Positions 25,902 to 39,581 of a stretch of DNA of 64,000 nucleotides are shown one piece after another; within the stretch, counting starts at the first letter, position 1; each line of letters begins with the position of its first letter. Source of the DNA: Octopus vulgaris (lineage: Eukaryota); the NCBI GenBank assembly GCA_951406725.2, contig OX597816.1:131564001-131628000 (forward strand), written 5' to 3'. The notes beneath the pieces were generated by a model. It saw only the letters and a program-made list of their open reading frames with translations. It was not told the DNA's origin and searched no databases. The position numbers and the translations under genes are program-made.

Positions 25902-26389
25902 TCAAAATATTTATTCAAAGCCAATATATCTCAGACTGCATTATCCAGTGTGATAACTGAATTTTATCTTTTCATGTGTACCGAAATAAAGTATAAGAAT
26001 CTAAAAAAAAAATTATTGGCCTTGTATTAATCAACTAAAATCAACAGACATAAATAAACAAGAAAGAGCTAATGAAATTCTTTAGTCCCAAATTATAGAT
26101 ACCACATGGCATAATTCTCAATATTGTATAATAGTATTGTTATGGTACAGTACACAATAGCTGGATATGTTTTTGCTTCATGGTCCCCTATCTCTTATGT
26201 TAAAGCAAACATGTGCTAACAGTTAAATGCTTGACGGCAAAATAGTGGTTGAATAAAAAATTTGGCTGTTCTCATTTATACTTAGTACAATATTTGGTAT
26301 GTTTTATTGACCTGTCATTAGCCAAGTCTACTTGGCTTGTAACAGGTCACACTTATCTAACCATCTAACTATACAATTGGGTGACTTAC

Positions 26390-26830
26390 TTGGAGCAAAG
26401 TAACTCCTCTTGGACATACCTCTATGTCCATGTGTGGGTTTCCAGAGAAGGAGATCACTGGATATTTCATCCCTGCTTCTCCAGCAGTGCCCTGCATATG
26501 TTCTTCTTCCTCTGATTACTGAGGTGTTAGTAGGAAGACTACCATACAGTCAGTCACTGCTTTCTAATGTGTTACTGCTAAGAAAGATTGAGAACTGCAC
26601 AAAGTATTTTCATATTATGCACTGCCAAGCTTCTTCACTAATATTTATTTTTTCAGTGTCCATGCTGAAGAGCTACAGACAAATACTGATTCAATGACTA
26701 CTTTGAAGAAACCTCTTCATGTTGTCACGAAGGGAGGTCTTTCAAATAATTCTAAGTCTGTCTTAAGCATTCGATTCTTTTGCAACCTGTACATGGATAT
26801 CTTTTTCTATTGAAGCGATGTTACTTCCTG
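26390..26830 (-). mobile_element. RTE/RTE-X-type LINE C-terminal relic (second family)
   Basis: Minus-strand translation RRRTYAGHCWRSRDEISSDLLLWKPTHGHRG. Confidence 0.7.
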
Positions 26831-27232
26831 GGTCACACTACTATTTCAGAATTTAGTACTAGTCATTTATACAAATCATAATATTTGATATGTTTTACTC
26901 TGCTTGGTTGACAATAGGTCTTCTGTTATTTAATTGTGAAGTCTTTAGTAATTGGAAAGGCATTAATGTTCATATTTATGAAAACCCATCTACTCTAGTA
27001 GTAAAATATTTGAGGAAAATGGTAAGAAGAATACAGAAAATCTCATAACCCTCTTTATAACCTGTTTTATCTAATATTTTCTTCTCACATCTCATATCTA
27101 ATCTTCTGTTTTGACCTTTCTTTTTGCTCTCTACTACATAGTAATGTATGGAACAATATAAAATCTTAAAATATAATACACACACATACACATATATACA
27201 CCACACACACACACAATTTATTATATGTGTAA

Positions 27233-27450
27233 GGTGGCAAGCTGGCAGAAACGTCAGCACACCAGGTGAAATGATTAACGGTTATTTTGTCTGTCTTTAT
27301 GTGCTGAGTTCAAACTCTGCTGAAGTCGACTCTGCCTTTCATCCTTTTGGGATCAATAAATTAAGTACCAGTTTGCATACTGAGTTTCAGCTAATCGACT
27401 GGCCCCCTTCCCAAAAAGTTTGGGCCTTGTGCCTAAAGTAGAAAAGAATA
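27233..27450 (+). mobile_element. SINE-B (tRNA-like head plus conserved central domain)
   Basis: ggtggcaagctggcagaaacgtcagcac...gagttcaaactc...gtcgactctgcctttcatccttttgggatcaataaattaagtaccag. Confidence 0.85.
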
Positions 27451-27714
27451 TATTATGTGTGTCTGTGTGTGCATCATCAGTTGCACATCTACCTTTTCCA
27501 TGCAGGCATGGGTTGGACAAGAGTTCCTCAGTTTAGCAAGACATTCTTTCTAAAAGTAATCTTTAGCTGTTTTCAAGTAAAGGTACTTTATTTAACTGCA
27601 TTTTCTACATCAAACTGCAAGACATAAACAATGAAAACAATTACCCAAACAGTGTCAACACAAAGACACAATGCGACAAACACATACACACTCATGCACT
27701 TGTACACACACAAA

Positions 27715-28028
27715 TCATCATCATTATCATTTAACAGCCACTTTCCAAGCTGGCATGGGTTAAGCGGTTTGACTGGAGCTGATAAGCTAGAGAGTTGCAC
27801 CAGGTTCCAGTCTGATTTAGCATGGTTCTTACAGCTGGGTGCCCTTCCTAATGCCAACCACTCCAGGAGTATAGCAGGTGCTTTTTACATGCCACCAGCA
27901 TGGATGCCATTTACGTGACACCAGCAATGCCCACAACTGCAATGCACAGGTGCTATTTACATGGCACCGGCAGCGACCATAACTATGATTCAAGGGTGCT
28001 ATTTACATGGCACTGGCAATGGTGCCAT
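27715..28028 (-). mobile_element. RTE 3' UTR with hairpin units
   Basis: Tail plus gcccttcctaatgccaacc plus four ggtgct(t/a)tttacatg(c/g)cacc-like units. Confidence 0.85.
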
Positions 28029-28340
28029 ATATAAATATGTACATACACACATATGCATATGCGCAACAATGTGTGTGTCTCAATGTGTCTTTGCATTGGT
28101 GCTGTCTGGGTAATTGTGATGTTTGTGTATTTCCAGTGCCTCAGCAGTTAAATGTGCAAAGGCCAATTGAATAAAGTAGCTAACTGTAGAATGAGCTTAC
28201 AGTTTCTGTCTACTAGATTTTATTCACAAGGTATTGGTTAACCTGAGGTTATGGAATAAAACATTTGTCCAAGCTGCCATAGAGTGGGATTGAACCTAAA
28301 ATAAAGGGTTGCAAAATAAACTTCTTAACCACATAATACT

Positions 28341-28635
28341 TATGCTCCCATGACTTTCGGAAACATTTTTTCACTCTAAGAGTTGCTGAAGTATGGAACA
28401 AACTGCCGGCATCAGTTGTTAGTTGTCGGAGCATTGCATCCTTCAAAACTTCCATGCTTCCTGAGATTCACCAACACTACACTTGATTTTCTCCCCTCCA
28501 TACACACGCAAGCATGTATCTGACTCATACACTGTTCACTTTCCAGACATTTGTACATTACTGCATATGCTTTATACTCACTTTTGACAAGTTGTGGTGC
28601 ACCTGAGCACTGTATACAATAATTTCATTATGATT

Positions 28636-28650
<15 letters not shown>
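28341..28650 (+). mobile_element. CR1-clade LINE 3' end
   Basis: HDFRKHFFTLRVAEVWNKLPASVVSCRSIASFKTSM, the CR1-type C-terminal FF..RV...WN.LP motif; (ATT)n tail. Confidence 0.85.
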
Positions 28651-28667
<17 letters not shown>

Positions 28668-28888
28668 TATAAGTTTGTACTTATATATTGATTTCAAATT
28701 TTAGCACAGACTATCAAGTTGAGGGGAGGGGCTAAGTCAATTACATCAACTACACTGTTCAACTGGTACTTATATTATCAACCCTAAAAGGACAAAAGGC
28801 AAAGTCGACCCCAGCGGAATTTGAACTCAGTGTCTGTACTCATATATTAATGAATATATATCTATATCTATATTTATCTATCAATCTA

Positions 28889-29195
28889 GGTTCAGTGGTT
28901 AGAGTGTCGGGCTTACAATCAAAAGGTAGTGAGTTCAATTCCCAGACCAGGCTGTGTGTTGTGTTCTTGAACAAGACACTTTATTTCACATTGCTCCAGT
29001 TCACTCAGCTTTAGAAACGAGTCTTGACGTCAATGGAGCCAAGATGTATTGGCCTTTGCCTTTCCCTTGGACAACATTGGTGGTGTGGTGAAGGGAGGCT
29101 GGTATGCATGGGTGACTGCTGGTCTTCCATAAACAACCTTGCCTGGACTTGTACCTTGGAGGGTAACTTTCTAGGTGCAATCCCATAGTCATTCT
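28889..29195 (+). mobile_element. SINE-C (tRNA-derived)
   Basis: ggttcagtggttagagtgtcgggc A box, gagttcaattccc B box, gttgtgttcttgaacaagacactt CORE-like block. Confidence 0.85.
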
Positions 29196-29204
29196 TTATC
29201 TCTT

Positions 29205-29271
<67 letters not shown>

Positions 29272-29710
29272 TATCATCATCATCAGTTTAATGTCCACTT
29301 TTCCATACTTGCAGATTTTCCATGACTGGATGCTTTTCCTGTTGCCAAACCTCACATGTTTCAAAGCAAGGTGATATTTCCCAATGGCCAGGCATGTCTT
29401 CATGGAAGATTGGAAATGTATGTAACTGTTTGTATGACGTGACAATCATTTACAACTATCACATGTTGTCATGACAAGGTGACACAAATATACATACACA
29501 CACACATGCACATACATACACACACACACATATACATTTATATATGATGGGTTTCTTTCAGCTTCCAACTACCAAATTTACTCACAATGCTTTTGTCAAT
29601 TGGGGGCTATAAAAAGAGACACTCACCCCAGGTGCCACACAGTGGAACTGAACCAATAATTGGGACGCAAACTTCTTACCATGCAGCCACACCTGTGCCT
29701 ATATATATAT

Positions 29711-30122
29711 AACTTTTACTTGGTTCAGTCATTAGAATGTGGCCAAGCTGGGGCATTACCTTGAAGAATTTTAGTTGAATGGATCAACCCCAGTACTTCC
29801 TTTTTAACGCTTTGTACTTATTCTATCAGTCTCTTTTATCAAAGTGCTCAGTTACAGGGACATAAATACACCAACACTAATACCAGTTGTCAAGCAGTCA
29901 TGGGTGACAAAGACATTCACAAAGATACACACATATAGATATATAGATATACACAATGGGCTTCTTTCAGTTTCTGTCTACGAAATCCACTCATAAGTCT
30001 TTGGTTGGCTTAGGACTATAGAAGAAGACACTTGCCCAAGGGGCCATGCAGTGGGACTGAAGCCAGAACCATGTGATTGGGAAGCAAACTTCTTACCACA
30101 CACCCATGCCTCATGCCTGTTC
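29711..30122 (-). mobile_element. Full-length SINE-A (extra head at 29545-29700)
   Basis: Collinear with the reverse complement of 60830-61254. Confidence 0.85.
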
Positions 30123-30125
30123 CTA

Positions 30126-30156
<31 letters not shown>

Positions 30157-30439
30157 CACCGTGACCGACCAGGCTATCAGATGTTGCTATGCGCTTCCCA
30201 TTGTTTTTAGCCTTCAAATGACGCCACCCTGCTGGCTAAGCGAGCAGGCCAACAGAAGAAAGAGTGAGAGAAAGTTGAGGCGAAAGAGTACTGCTGGGAT
30301 CGCCCCCAACTGCTGAAGCCTCGTGGAGCTTTAGGTGTTTTCGTTCAATAAACACTCACAACGCCTGGTCTGGGAATTGAAACTGCGATCCTACGACCGT
30401 GAGTCTGCTGCTCTAACCACTGGGCCATTGCGCCTCCAC
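30157..30439 (-). mobile_element. tRNA-derived SINE (distinct family) in (TA)n
   Basis: Reverse complement begins gtggaggcgcaatggcccagtggttagagcagcagactcacggtcgtaggatcgcagtttcaattcccagacc. Confidence 0.85.
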
Positions 30440-31859
30440 ACAGATATATATATATAAAATTGTATGATGCAGTACTGTATTATGCAGCCTTTTGGTCTCT
30501 ACTCATACATGTATAACAAGCACATTCAAAGAGATGCAGGTGGAAGCTGATTGGTCAAAAGTGTAAAAGAGAATAAAACCATTATGAAGCTATTTTCAAC
30601 GAAACAATAGCGACAATGAAGAAATTGATTTCCTTTTAGAAATTTGACACCAGTGTATTTTTTTTTACATTTTTATCTCTCACCTAACTCCCTCATTGAT
30701 ATTTGTTTATTTTGTTGTTTTATTTTATGCATTTGTTATTTATTCCATTTCTATTCTTGATGTTGACACCATTTCTCTGTCACAGCACACAATATGTTTA
30801 GAGTTTCTCTTTTTTTTTGTGTGTGTGTATGTGTGTTTTTTCACAGCTAGCTGATTGTTAGTATGGGTGTAGAACGATAGGTTCATAGATCTTCCAGTGT
30901 ATATAATAATAATTATGGCAGCTATATCTACATAACTACACACACACACACACACACACAGATGAATCTGTACACGTACACAACTCGCTTATAAGCAATA
31001 GTCTCATGAATATACTGGTAACCATCAGCAACATGTTGATGGAGTGTGGATTAAGAATTGATATTGTAACAAGTTGCTATGACATCACTTAACTGCTTTT
31101 GTTATTCAGAATAAAACTTGTTTTTGCTGAGCATCAAATAATGCTGTAAGTCAGCTTTTGCTAATGGTATACACTGATGTAGGCTTTGTTGGAAAATATT
31201 TGACCAACAAAGACATTTCATGCATTTGTTTTCAATTTTTTTTTTTACTTGTATTTTTTGTTTTTGTTTTGTTTATTGTTTTTATTTTGGTTCAGTGATC
31301 TTTTTTTGTTTCATTGCTTGAAAAGCAACTACTAAAACAATATTTGATTCCACTTCTCTGTTCTTGCCTTCTGCTATTAATTTAATGTAAAAATAAGGAA
31401 AAATATTTCTGATGGTTTTAAATACTGGGCAGGCAGTGCTAGTGACACTGTTTGTCTGATGGTAAATCTCAGTGAACAAAGTCAGTTTTCATTCTCAGTG
31501 TTTTTACATCATGTAAATAAATATAATATAAAAATTTCCAAAAGCCTAAAGGGACCATAAAAACTTGGTGTTTATTGTTTATTTTATGATGTACGAGATT
31601 GACATTTCCTCCACCCACCAATGGATAGGGTGACAATCTATTGCAGGTGACATTTACAAACAAGGGTGCTTTTACAGTGCTGCTCAACAAGCTAGAAATA
31701 GCTGCTAAATCTCCCTTAAATCTGGTACTTGTTCACACCAATTAAGAGAATTAAAGTACTAACAAATACATGACAAAATATGCAAGGTAGGTCTGAAAAT
31801 TAAACTTAGGAAGTGGTAGATCAATATCTATAAATTAAATTGCCTCTGTGTAGGTGTGT

Positions 31860-33495
31860 CATCATCATCATCATCATCGTTTAATGTCCGCTTTCAATGC
31901 TGGCATGGGTCGGAAGGTTTGACTGAGGACTGGCGAGCCAGATGGCTGCACCAGGCTCAAATCTGATCTGGCAGAGTTTCTATGGCTGGATGCCCTTCCT
32001 CACGCCAACCACTCCAAGAGTGTAGTAAGTGCATTTATGTGTCACTGGCATGAGGGCCAGTCACGTGGTACTGGCAATGGCCATGCTCAAATGGTGCTTT
32101 TTATGTGCCACCTGCACGGGACCTAGTCCAGAGGCACTGGCAATGACCTCGCTCGAATGTTGTTTTCATGTACCACTGGCACAAGTGCCAGTAAAGCGAC
32201 ACTAGTAATGATCACACTCAAATGGTGCTTTTTATGTGCCACCAGCATGGGAGCCAGTCAGAGGCCCTGGCAATGATCACACTTGGATGGTACATAAATC
32301 TTCCACTGGCACGGGTGCCTGTCAAGCGGTGCTGTCATTGGCCACATCAGTGAATTTGATTTTAATTGTGATTTCACTTGCCTCAATAGGTCTTCGCAAG
32401 CAAAGTTTAGTGTCCAACAAAAGAAAGGTATGCATAAGTAGGGTAGTTACACCGCTGGCATAGGCCATGGGTTATGGTCTCACTTGGCTTACCGAGTCTT
32501 CTCAAGCACATATTTCCAAAGGTCTCGGTCACTAGTCAATGCCTCAGTGAGGCCCAATGTTCGAAGGTTGTGCTTCACCACCTCATCCCAGGTTTTCCGG
32601 GGTCTACCTCTTCCACAGATTCCTTCAACTTCTAGGGTGTAACACATTTTCATGCAACTGTCCTCATCCATTTGTACCATGTGACCATACCAGTGCAGTC
32701 ATCTCTTTTGCACACTACATCTTGATGCTTCTTGGGTTCAACTTTTCTCTCAAGGTGCTTACACTCTGTCGTGTATGGACACTGATATTACACATCCAGC
32801 AGAGCATACTGGCTTCATTCTTTGCAAGCTTATGCATCTCCTCAGCAGTCACGGCCCATGTTTCACTGCCATGTAGCATGGCTGTTCGTACACATGTGTC
32901 ATACAGTCTACCTTTTACTTTGTCACCAGCAGAGGTAGGAGCTCTCTGAACTTTGCCAAGGCTATTCTTATTCTAGCAGCCACACTTTCAGAGCATCCAT
33001 CGCTGCTACTGACTTGGTCACCTAGGTAATGGAAGCTGTCAACTACTTCTAGTTTTTCTCCTTGGAATGTAACGGAAGTTGTTCTCTGCACATTTTCAGT
33101 GTGTGTTGCTCCTGAGCATATGCCATATACAAAAACTATCTTCCCAGTTAGCCTTCCTTTGATATTGCTGCATCTCTTATGTGTCCATAGCTTACACTGG
33201 GTACATCTTATGGAGTTTCTATCAACGTCTTTTCTACAGATCGAGCAGGGTCATCTACCTGAAGGGATTTGTGGTTTGTCTGCCTTCCTACTTATTAAGA
33301 CTTTGCTTATAGCTAGGTTGACTCTAAGGCCCCTCGATTCTAATCCTTGCTTCCACCCCCGAAACTTCTCCGCTTGTTCTGATAGTGACTCAGCAATAAA
33401 AGCAAGGTCATCAGTATAGAGGAGCTCCCAGGAGCATCCTGTCTTGAATTCCTCTGTTATTACCTGGAGGACTATGATAAATAGGAGGGGGCTGT
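31860..33495 (-). mobile_element. Longest RTE copy: RT catalytic region to tail, pseudogenised
   Basis: SPLLFIIVLQVITEEFKTGCSWELLYTDDLAFIAES; Cys-rich insert; GRGRPRKTWDEVVKHNL; UTR array 32030-32345; (GAT)n tail. Confidence 0.93.
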
Positions 33496-33514
33496 GTGTC
33501 TCTTATATTCTTTT

Positions 33515-33720
33515 TAATCTTTTATATGTTTCAGTCATTGGATTACAGCCATGCTAGGGCACCACTTTGAAAGGCATAGTCAAACCAAATTAGTCCCAAT
33601 ACTTATTTTTGAAGCTCGTTAGTTAGTCTATTGGTCTCTTTTGCTGGACCATTAAATTACATGGACATAAATAAACCAATACTTGTCACATGGTACTGGG
33701 GGACAAACACAAACACAGAA

Positions 33721-33763
<43 letters not shown>

Positions 33764-33960
33764 ATCTTTTACTTGTTTCAGTCATTAGACTGCAGCCATG
33801 TTGGGACACTGAAGGGTTTCAGTCAAACAAATTCATCCCAGGACTTATTTTTTTAAAGCCTAGTACATATTTTATCAGTATCTTTTACTAAGTTATAGGA
33901 ATGTAAAGATACCAACACCAGCTGTCAAGTGATGGTGGTGGTGGACAAACACAGACACAG
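33515..33960 (-). mobile_element. Two SINE-A 3' halves
   Basis: tgtttcagtcatt(g/a)ga(t/c)t(a/g)cagccatg at ~33527 and ~33773. Confidence 0.75.
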
Positions 33961-33964
33961 ACTC

Positions 33965-34001
<37 letters not shown>

Positions 34002-34004
34002 TAT

Positions 34005-36071
34005 ATAATTATTGTGGGAAAACAAATTTCCAAATCAATCAGGTGCAACCCTTCAGCGCTATATGCATTTACATATCGTACTTTGGGGTCTTATTTATCG
34101 TATATTTATATATTTATCTATAAATATACAAAATATCAGATAAAAGTCAATATTAATTCAATTCTGGGGGATTAATCGATATATGGGTTTTCTATTTCAG
34201 ATAACACAAAAATAACCTAATGAGTATAACTGACAGTAAACTCATGGTATCAGTTTGCACATCACAAAATAACACTTAAAGGATATAACCAATATTTCCA
34301 GCAGAGTATATAATATACTTTGTTAATTATATCCTACTTTAGTTAATACGTATATTTATTAAATATGAAGGAACTACACATGTTTCAGTATTGGAAGTTT
34401 ACAATATATATACTTATACACAACTGTATACCTATATATATATATATATATATACATATATAAATACATATATGCAATCATCAGATTTACAATTATTCCA
34501 ACACTTCTTCAGGTTCTATTTCAAAATATTATATATCTAATTTTACATTCCATTAAAAATAAGCAATACAATTAAGCATTAAAGATTAACGATTAAGAAT
34601 AAAAAATCATACTTTGTAATATTAAGAATTAAAATATATAAATTATACATTATAAATATGAATTAGTTTATATATCAATCCTGTAAAATCAAGTATATGT
34701 CAAATACAGAATGTGAGATATAAGATTAAACATCAGAATAAAAATGTCTGTGTTTAAATGTGATATATAACAAGAAAAATTCAAATGCATATCTTCCTTT
34801 TTTAGCTGGTACTAAACTGGTGATTTGAGGAAGAAGATAGCAGGGAACTATGGGTATTTATAGGTGAATAGTACCAAAGGGTGTAATTACACTATACATA
34901 GTTTTAATTTTAAATTATCCTCTATTGTTATTTTCAAATCTACCTATATTAGGAGGTATATATAATTTGTTATTATATAATTTTAGTAATATTTAGTTCA
35001 TATATATATATATATATATATTTTAATTATTGTATTATTATTATTTAAAAGTTTTTTATATAGTCTATTCAAGTGCTTTAGAAATAAAATTATGTGGTTA
35101 TTTGATTCAGGGGTTGGGGGTTCAGTACTTCATTTTATTAAATGTAAAATTACTTTGGTACCTATGCTTAACTCCTCATTCATCATGTGTGTTCAGTAAT
35201 TCATCTCTAGACTGTAATAGTTTCATAAATTCAGTCATGCATAATAAACACATTTTATCCCCAATTTTATAGGAGTGGGCTCTACCTATAATACTCCAAT
35301 TAAGGGTGTACTCTCTTTTTCTAGATTTCAATTAAGCCTGTAGACTTACTTAAATTGGAATTTTTAAGGTCTGGTAATGTTGGGATATACTTTTTTTAAA
35401 TTTCATTAGCTGTTGATCCAATATAAGCTTTATTTTTAATTTTATTATTATTGTTCTTAGAGCTAACTACGTTTACAAATTACTTTATCGATATTACAAT
35501 TATTAGATAGCTTACATTTAGTCTTATCAAGACATGAACATTTTTCTAAATGTTGATTAAGACTTCTATCACTACTTGTTATATTATGGCTAGAGCTATT
35601 ATAATAATTATTTAATTTCTTATTATTTATAGAGGAAATGATATTGCCTACATTTCTCCAAGTTGAGTATCCCACTCTTATGGTTTTATTGGAAAATATA
35701 TTTGAATAACTATTGTCCTTTCTAAAAAACATTTTTACTGTTTTAAGTGTCTCCTTAATAATATTAGTTATGACTTGATCCCCATACGGAATAATTAACC
35801 ATATAATATCCATTTTATTTTTTATATTTTTTATATTATAATTATTAGTAGACATCATCAGTATTAAATTGTTATTCTTAGGTATATTATATCTCTTTAT
35901 GTATACTTTACTATGTTTCTTACTCTTGATCATTATTACTTTTATTATTGTAATCATTATTAAGAACTATATTATTTTTATATTTATCTAGTTTGTTATA
36001 TTGTCTTTTATTATTATTATTCATATTTTTACTATTACATTTATTATTAGTTTTATTAGGAATACTTGTTA

Positions 36072-36118
<47 letters not shown>

Positions 36119-36600
36119 CGTCCATAATAATTAAAGAACTTTATATTAGAGTTGTATCCTGCTTCTTTTAATGCTTTATAATAATATGGGGCATGTTTAT
36201 TAAAAGTGTCATAATCTGAGGATAGCATAGATATTCTTTTACCTATATTATTTATTAAGGCTTCTTTAGCTGATTTGGGATGGTTACTTGAAGAACTAAT
36301 ATACTTTAGGTTTTCATTCAACTTATGCAATGTATGGATCTTATTAGTGACTAGATTAAGGTTGACGTCTAGATAATTTACTGCATAATGTACGTCTCTA
36401 TAGATATTCCTAGGCTATTATTCTTAAAGAACTTGTATATTTTCTTCTTAAGGCATTCTAATGACCTATTAGTACAGTTCTTAGTTATAAGTAGTAGGTC
36501 ATCCCTATAAAGACCACCCTCTATATTCGTGAATTCTATTTCTAGTTCAGATAAGAGATATAAACCTACAAGATCGGTAACCTTGGCTGAATGCCAGGGC
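34005..36600 (-). mobile_element. Penelope-like element, 5'-truncated, frameshifted (RT plus GIY-YIG endonuclease plus 3' region)
   Basis: SAKVTDLVGLYLL...GGLYRDDLL; YISSSSNHPKSAKEALINNIGKRISMLSS; KCSC...C...NC...YIGST; hammerhead in the 3' region; left boundary approximate. Confidence 0.9.
34371..34516 (-). ncRNA. Type I hammerhead ribozyme with long loop II
   Basis: Minus strand: gaac-CTGAAGA-agtgttggaa...(~100 nt)...ttccaatact-GAAA-c-atgt-g-TA-gttc; all core bases and stems I and II pair. Confidence 0.75.
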
Positions 36601-36737
36601 TGAAGTTTGCTCCGGAATCTTATCAGTCATTAAGACAAACAAAAACGCTATGAAAAAAATTCCTCTATTTTACATAATATCAAGGTTTCATTCGTTCTCT
36701 TGTTATCATATTAATATTATTAATATATATATATATA

Positions 36738-36918
36738 GTTGAAATTTATAGAAAAGCAAAAGACGAAGACATGTGAATGAACAACAAGCAGGTGTATTAG
36801 TTTGATGCTCAAGAAAGTGAAAAAGTCTTATATGTTTCGAGCCTACACTCTTCAACAGAAAGGAATAAGAGAAAATAAACAGAGAATGAAAAAATCTTGT
36901 GGATTTAGCGGTCAAGCT
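36738..36918 (-). mobile_element. Penelope-type terminal fragment with degenerate hammerhead
   Basis: Minus strand CTGTTGA-agagtgtaggctc-GAAAcataTA (36825-36862); (TA)n on both sides. Confidence 0.55.
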
Positions 36919-37016
36919 ATATATATATATATAATACGTTCGTGTTAGATTGACAGTATACAACCATTCTATCGCCCCACCACCGTACATGTCTCTACGA
37001 GAGATTTAGAAATTTA

Positions 37017-37050
<34 letters not shown>

Positions 37051-37159
37051 GAAAAAAGTTAGGGATCTATACAAAGCAAATTATTATATATAAAAGATGG
37101 AGGTGGAAATAGCACAGAAGTAAGTCTAAGACATTTCAATTTAAGAGGGATTTTAATAA

Positions 37160-37320
37160 AAATGATTTTAAAAATTCTGCTGTGTCTGAGGAGAGTCATT
37201 TTCTTTTTGTGCCTAATAATGTAACACACTCACCTGTAAAATTTCCACTTATTTCTTATTTTTATTTTCCTAAAACTTTTGTTGCGTCTTGCACCCTTTT
37301 CAATAATCTTGACTCTGTCT
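37160..37320 (-). mobile_element. Possible Penelope-type terminal fragment
   Basis: Minus strand TTGAAAA-gggtgc-aagac-gcaac-AAAA, a hammerhead-shaped but mutated motif. Confidence 0.35.
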
Positions 37321-37344
37321 GTTATTTACACTGCATTCCTTTTT

Positions 37345-37825
37345 GTTTGTGTGCATGTGTGTGGGTCAGTGTGTGTGTGTGTATGTGTGTGCCTATGCAT
37401 GTATGCATGTACGTATGTATGTATGCATGTATGTATGCATGTGTATGTATATATATGTGTGTGTGTGTATGCATATGTATATATGTATGTATGTGTGTGC
37501 ATCTGTATGTATGTATCCTGCATATTCATGTGCTTGCATGTCCGTGTTTGTGCATTTTCTATGTATGTGTGTGTGTGAGCGTGTGTTAGTATATGTATGC
37601 ACCTCTGTCTTCTTGTGTGTGCATGTCTGTGTGTGTGTTATGCAACTATGTACCATGTTTGTATGTATGGATGTGCATCTCTATATGTGTGGATCTCTGT
37701 CTCCATATGTGTCCTTGTGTGAGTAAAGTGTGTGTGTATATATGGTCATGTGTTTCACTCTCCATTTGCATATGTGTGCTTGTCTGTTCTTATAACATAT
37801 GTACCTATCCATCTGTATGTTGATC
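37345..37825. repeat. Degenerate (TG/TATG)n low-complexity tract
   Basis: Direct reading. Confidence 0.9.
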
Positions 37826-38011
37826 TGTTTATTTTCAGATCCATATGCTTACATACAAAAAAAAAATTATAAAAATGCATGTGCATACACACGCACTCAC
37901 ACCCACACACACACACACATACATCTATCTACATAACAGTCCACTAACTATTCTAGTCATCCCATTGCTTTTAGACTTTATCTATTTTTGACATGTTAGT
38001 GATATGATTAA

Positions 38012-38230
38012 CCCTTTAGCTTTCAGAGTATTCTATCAAGTGTAATGCTCATTTATTCACATTGTTTTTATCAATCATGCATTATTTTCTAACTTTGAGA
38101 TTTTGATGTTGTGACTATAGAGTTTTAGACTGACATTGTAGGCTAGGTGTGAGAGGCTGGATCTAGTTGGTATGAATATAAAACAAGTACAGTATTTTGG
38201 CCTCATATGGCTGGTTTAAATGCTAAAGGG
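38012..38230. mobile_element. piggyBac-like MITE
   Basis: TTAA|CCCTTTAGC...GCTAAAGGG|TTAA. Confidence 0.85.
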
Positions 38231-39199
38231 TTAAAAGACATTCAAAACTAGTGATATGAAAATTCTCTCATATTAATTTATTTCTATATCGAATTTTTCA
38301 ATGTGTGATTTTGTTTGAAATAGTCATGAACAAGAGTGCTTCTACAGAGTTGCTCAACTTGCTACAAGTAACAGCTAAATCTCCCTCAAGTAAAAGAATA
38401 AAAATAAAAGAACATCATTTTCAAAAAAAAAAAAGGAAAAAAGATAAAATAAGAAGAAAATACTTTGGATAATGTCATCCTGGATACACTATCACTGGAA
38501 AAAATAATGATGAACTGGATATAGATAAAACACTTTTGACCATGGGTCTGATTTATCAGTACTGATCTCTGATTAAATAATCTAATCATACAGTTTATCA
38601 GATTCGGTGTGAATGGAGATTGAAATATGCTTCATCCTCTTATATAATTTCTTTATGTAGTATAATAAACTGAGTATTTTCTGCTAGTGCCACATATATT
38701 CACCAATTTCATTTTCAGCTGCATATCTATAGCATCAATCAGTCAATTACCCAAGGTCAATTCAATTCATCATATAATGCACTTTGCAAAAAAGAATTCT
38801 ATGACCAAATAGAAAAAAAATAAAGCATTATATTGTTGCTGTATAGACAGAAGCATAGCATATACATCCTCAACATCTTGGCTTTCAGCATTTGGGGAGC
38901 AGATTACTTTTGGCAGCGAGATATTAATTTCAGACAAGTTTGTGCTTCAAAGTTGTATGAATGTGTCAGTTCTTTATTTCTTATTCCTCTTAATTTATTT
39001 TTGTTGATTTTTGTTATTTGTGTATCTTTGTATTTCTTTGTCTGTGGAATACTGAAAACAGTATTTTGGCCAAGGTATAAAAATGTGGAGGATCAAAATC
39101 TGACCTAGCAGAGTTTTTTTTACTCTATTCACCTGAAGATGTGCACATACGACTATTGTTGAGTGATATTAATGCAGAGTTGTGGTAAAAAAAAAAAAG

Positions 39200-39452
39200 G
39201 TAAAGTTTCCTTCTTGAGTCATACTGACTCATAAGGCCCAGTTTCCTGGTTTCCATGGCATAAATATTCCCTACCTGGATGGGATGCCAGTCTGTCACAG
39301 AATTACTCATTTTTGCCAGCGGAAAGGACTGGAATAAAATGAACTGAAGTGATTTGCTCAAGAACACAACATGTTGCTTGGTTCAAGAATCAAAATCACA
39401 ATCGTACAATCATGAATCCAACACTCTAACCAATAAGCAATGTGCCTCCACC
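39200..39452 (-). mobile_element. tRNA-derived SINE (C-related head, different tail)
   Basis: ttgctcaagaacacaac...ctctaaccaataagcaatgtgcctccac. Confidence 0.7.
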
Positions 39453-39581
39453 AATGTTGTGTATAATATATATAACATTCAGCCATGAGCAGTTGGTAAT
39501 AATGTGTTGAAACAATTGTAATGATATGTTATGAAGCCTGTTCAATCCATCTTTTCATATTAACATTTTATATAACATATA

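Noticed and set aside
30360-30439. tRNA gene (also 17590-17660 and 28889-28950)
   Set aside because: tRNA-like heads run directly into SINE bodies; no complete cloverleaf seen
38600-39130. Host exons in repeat-poor stretches (also 31000-31700 and 63150-63430)
   Set aside because: No recognisable protein motif or convincing splice-bounded ORF; small exons cannot be excluded without RNA data
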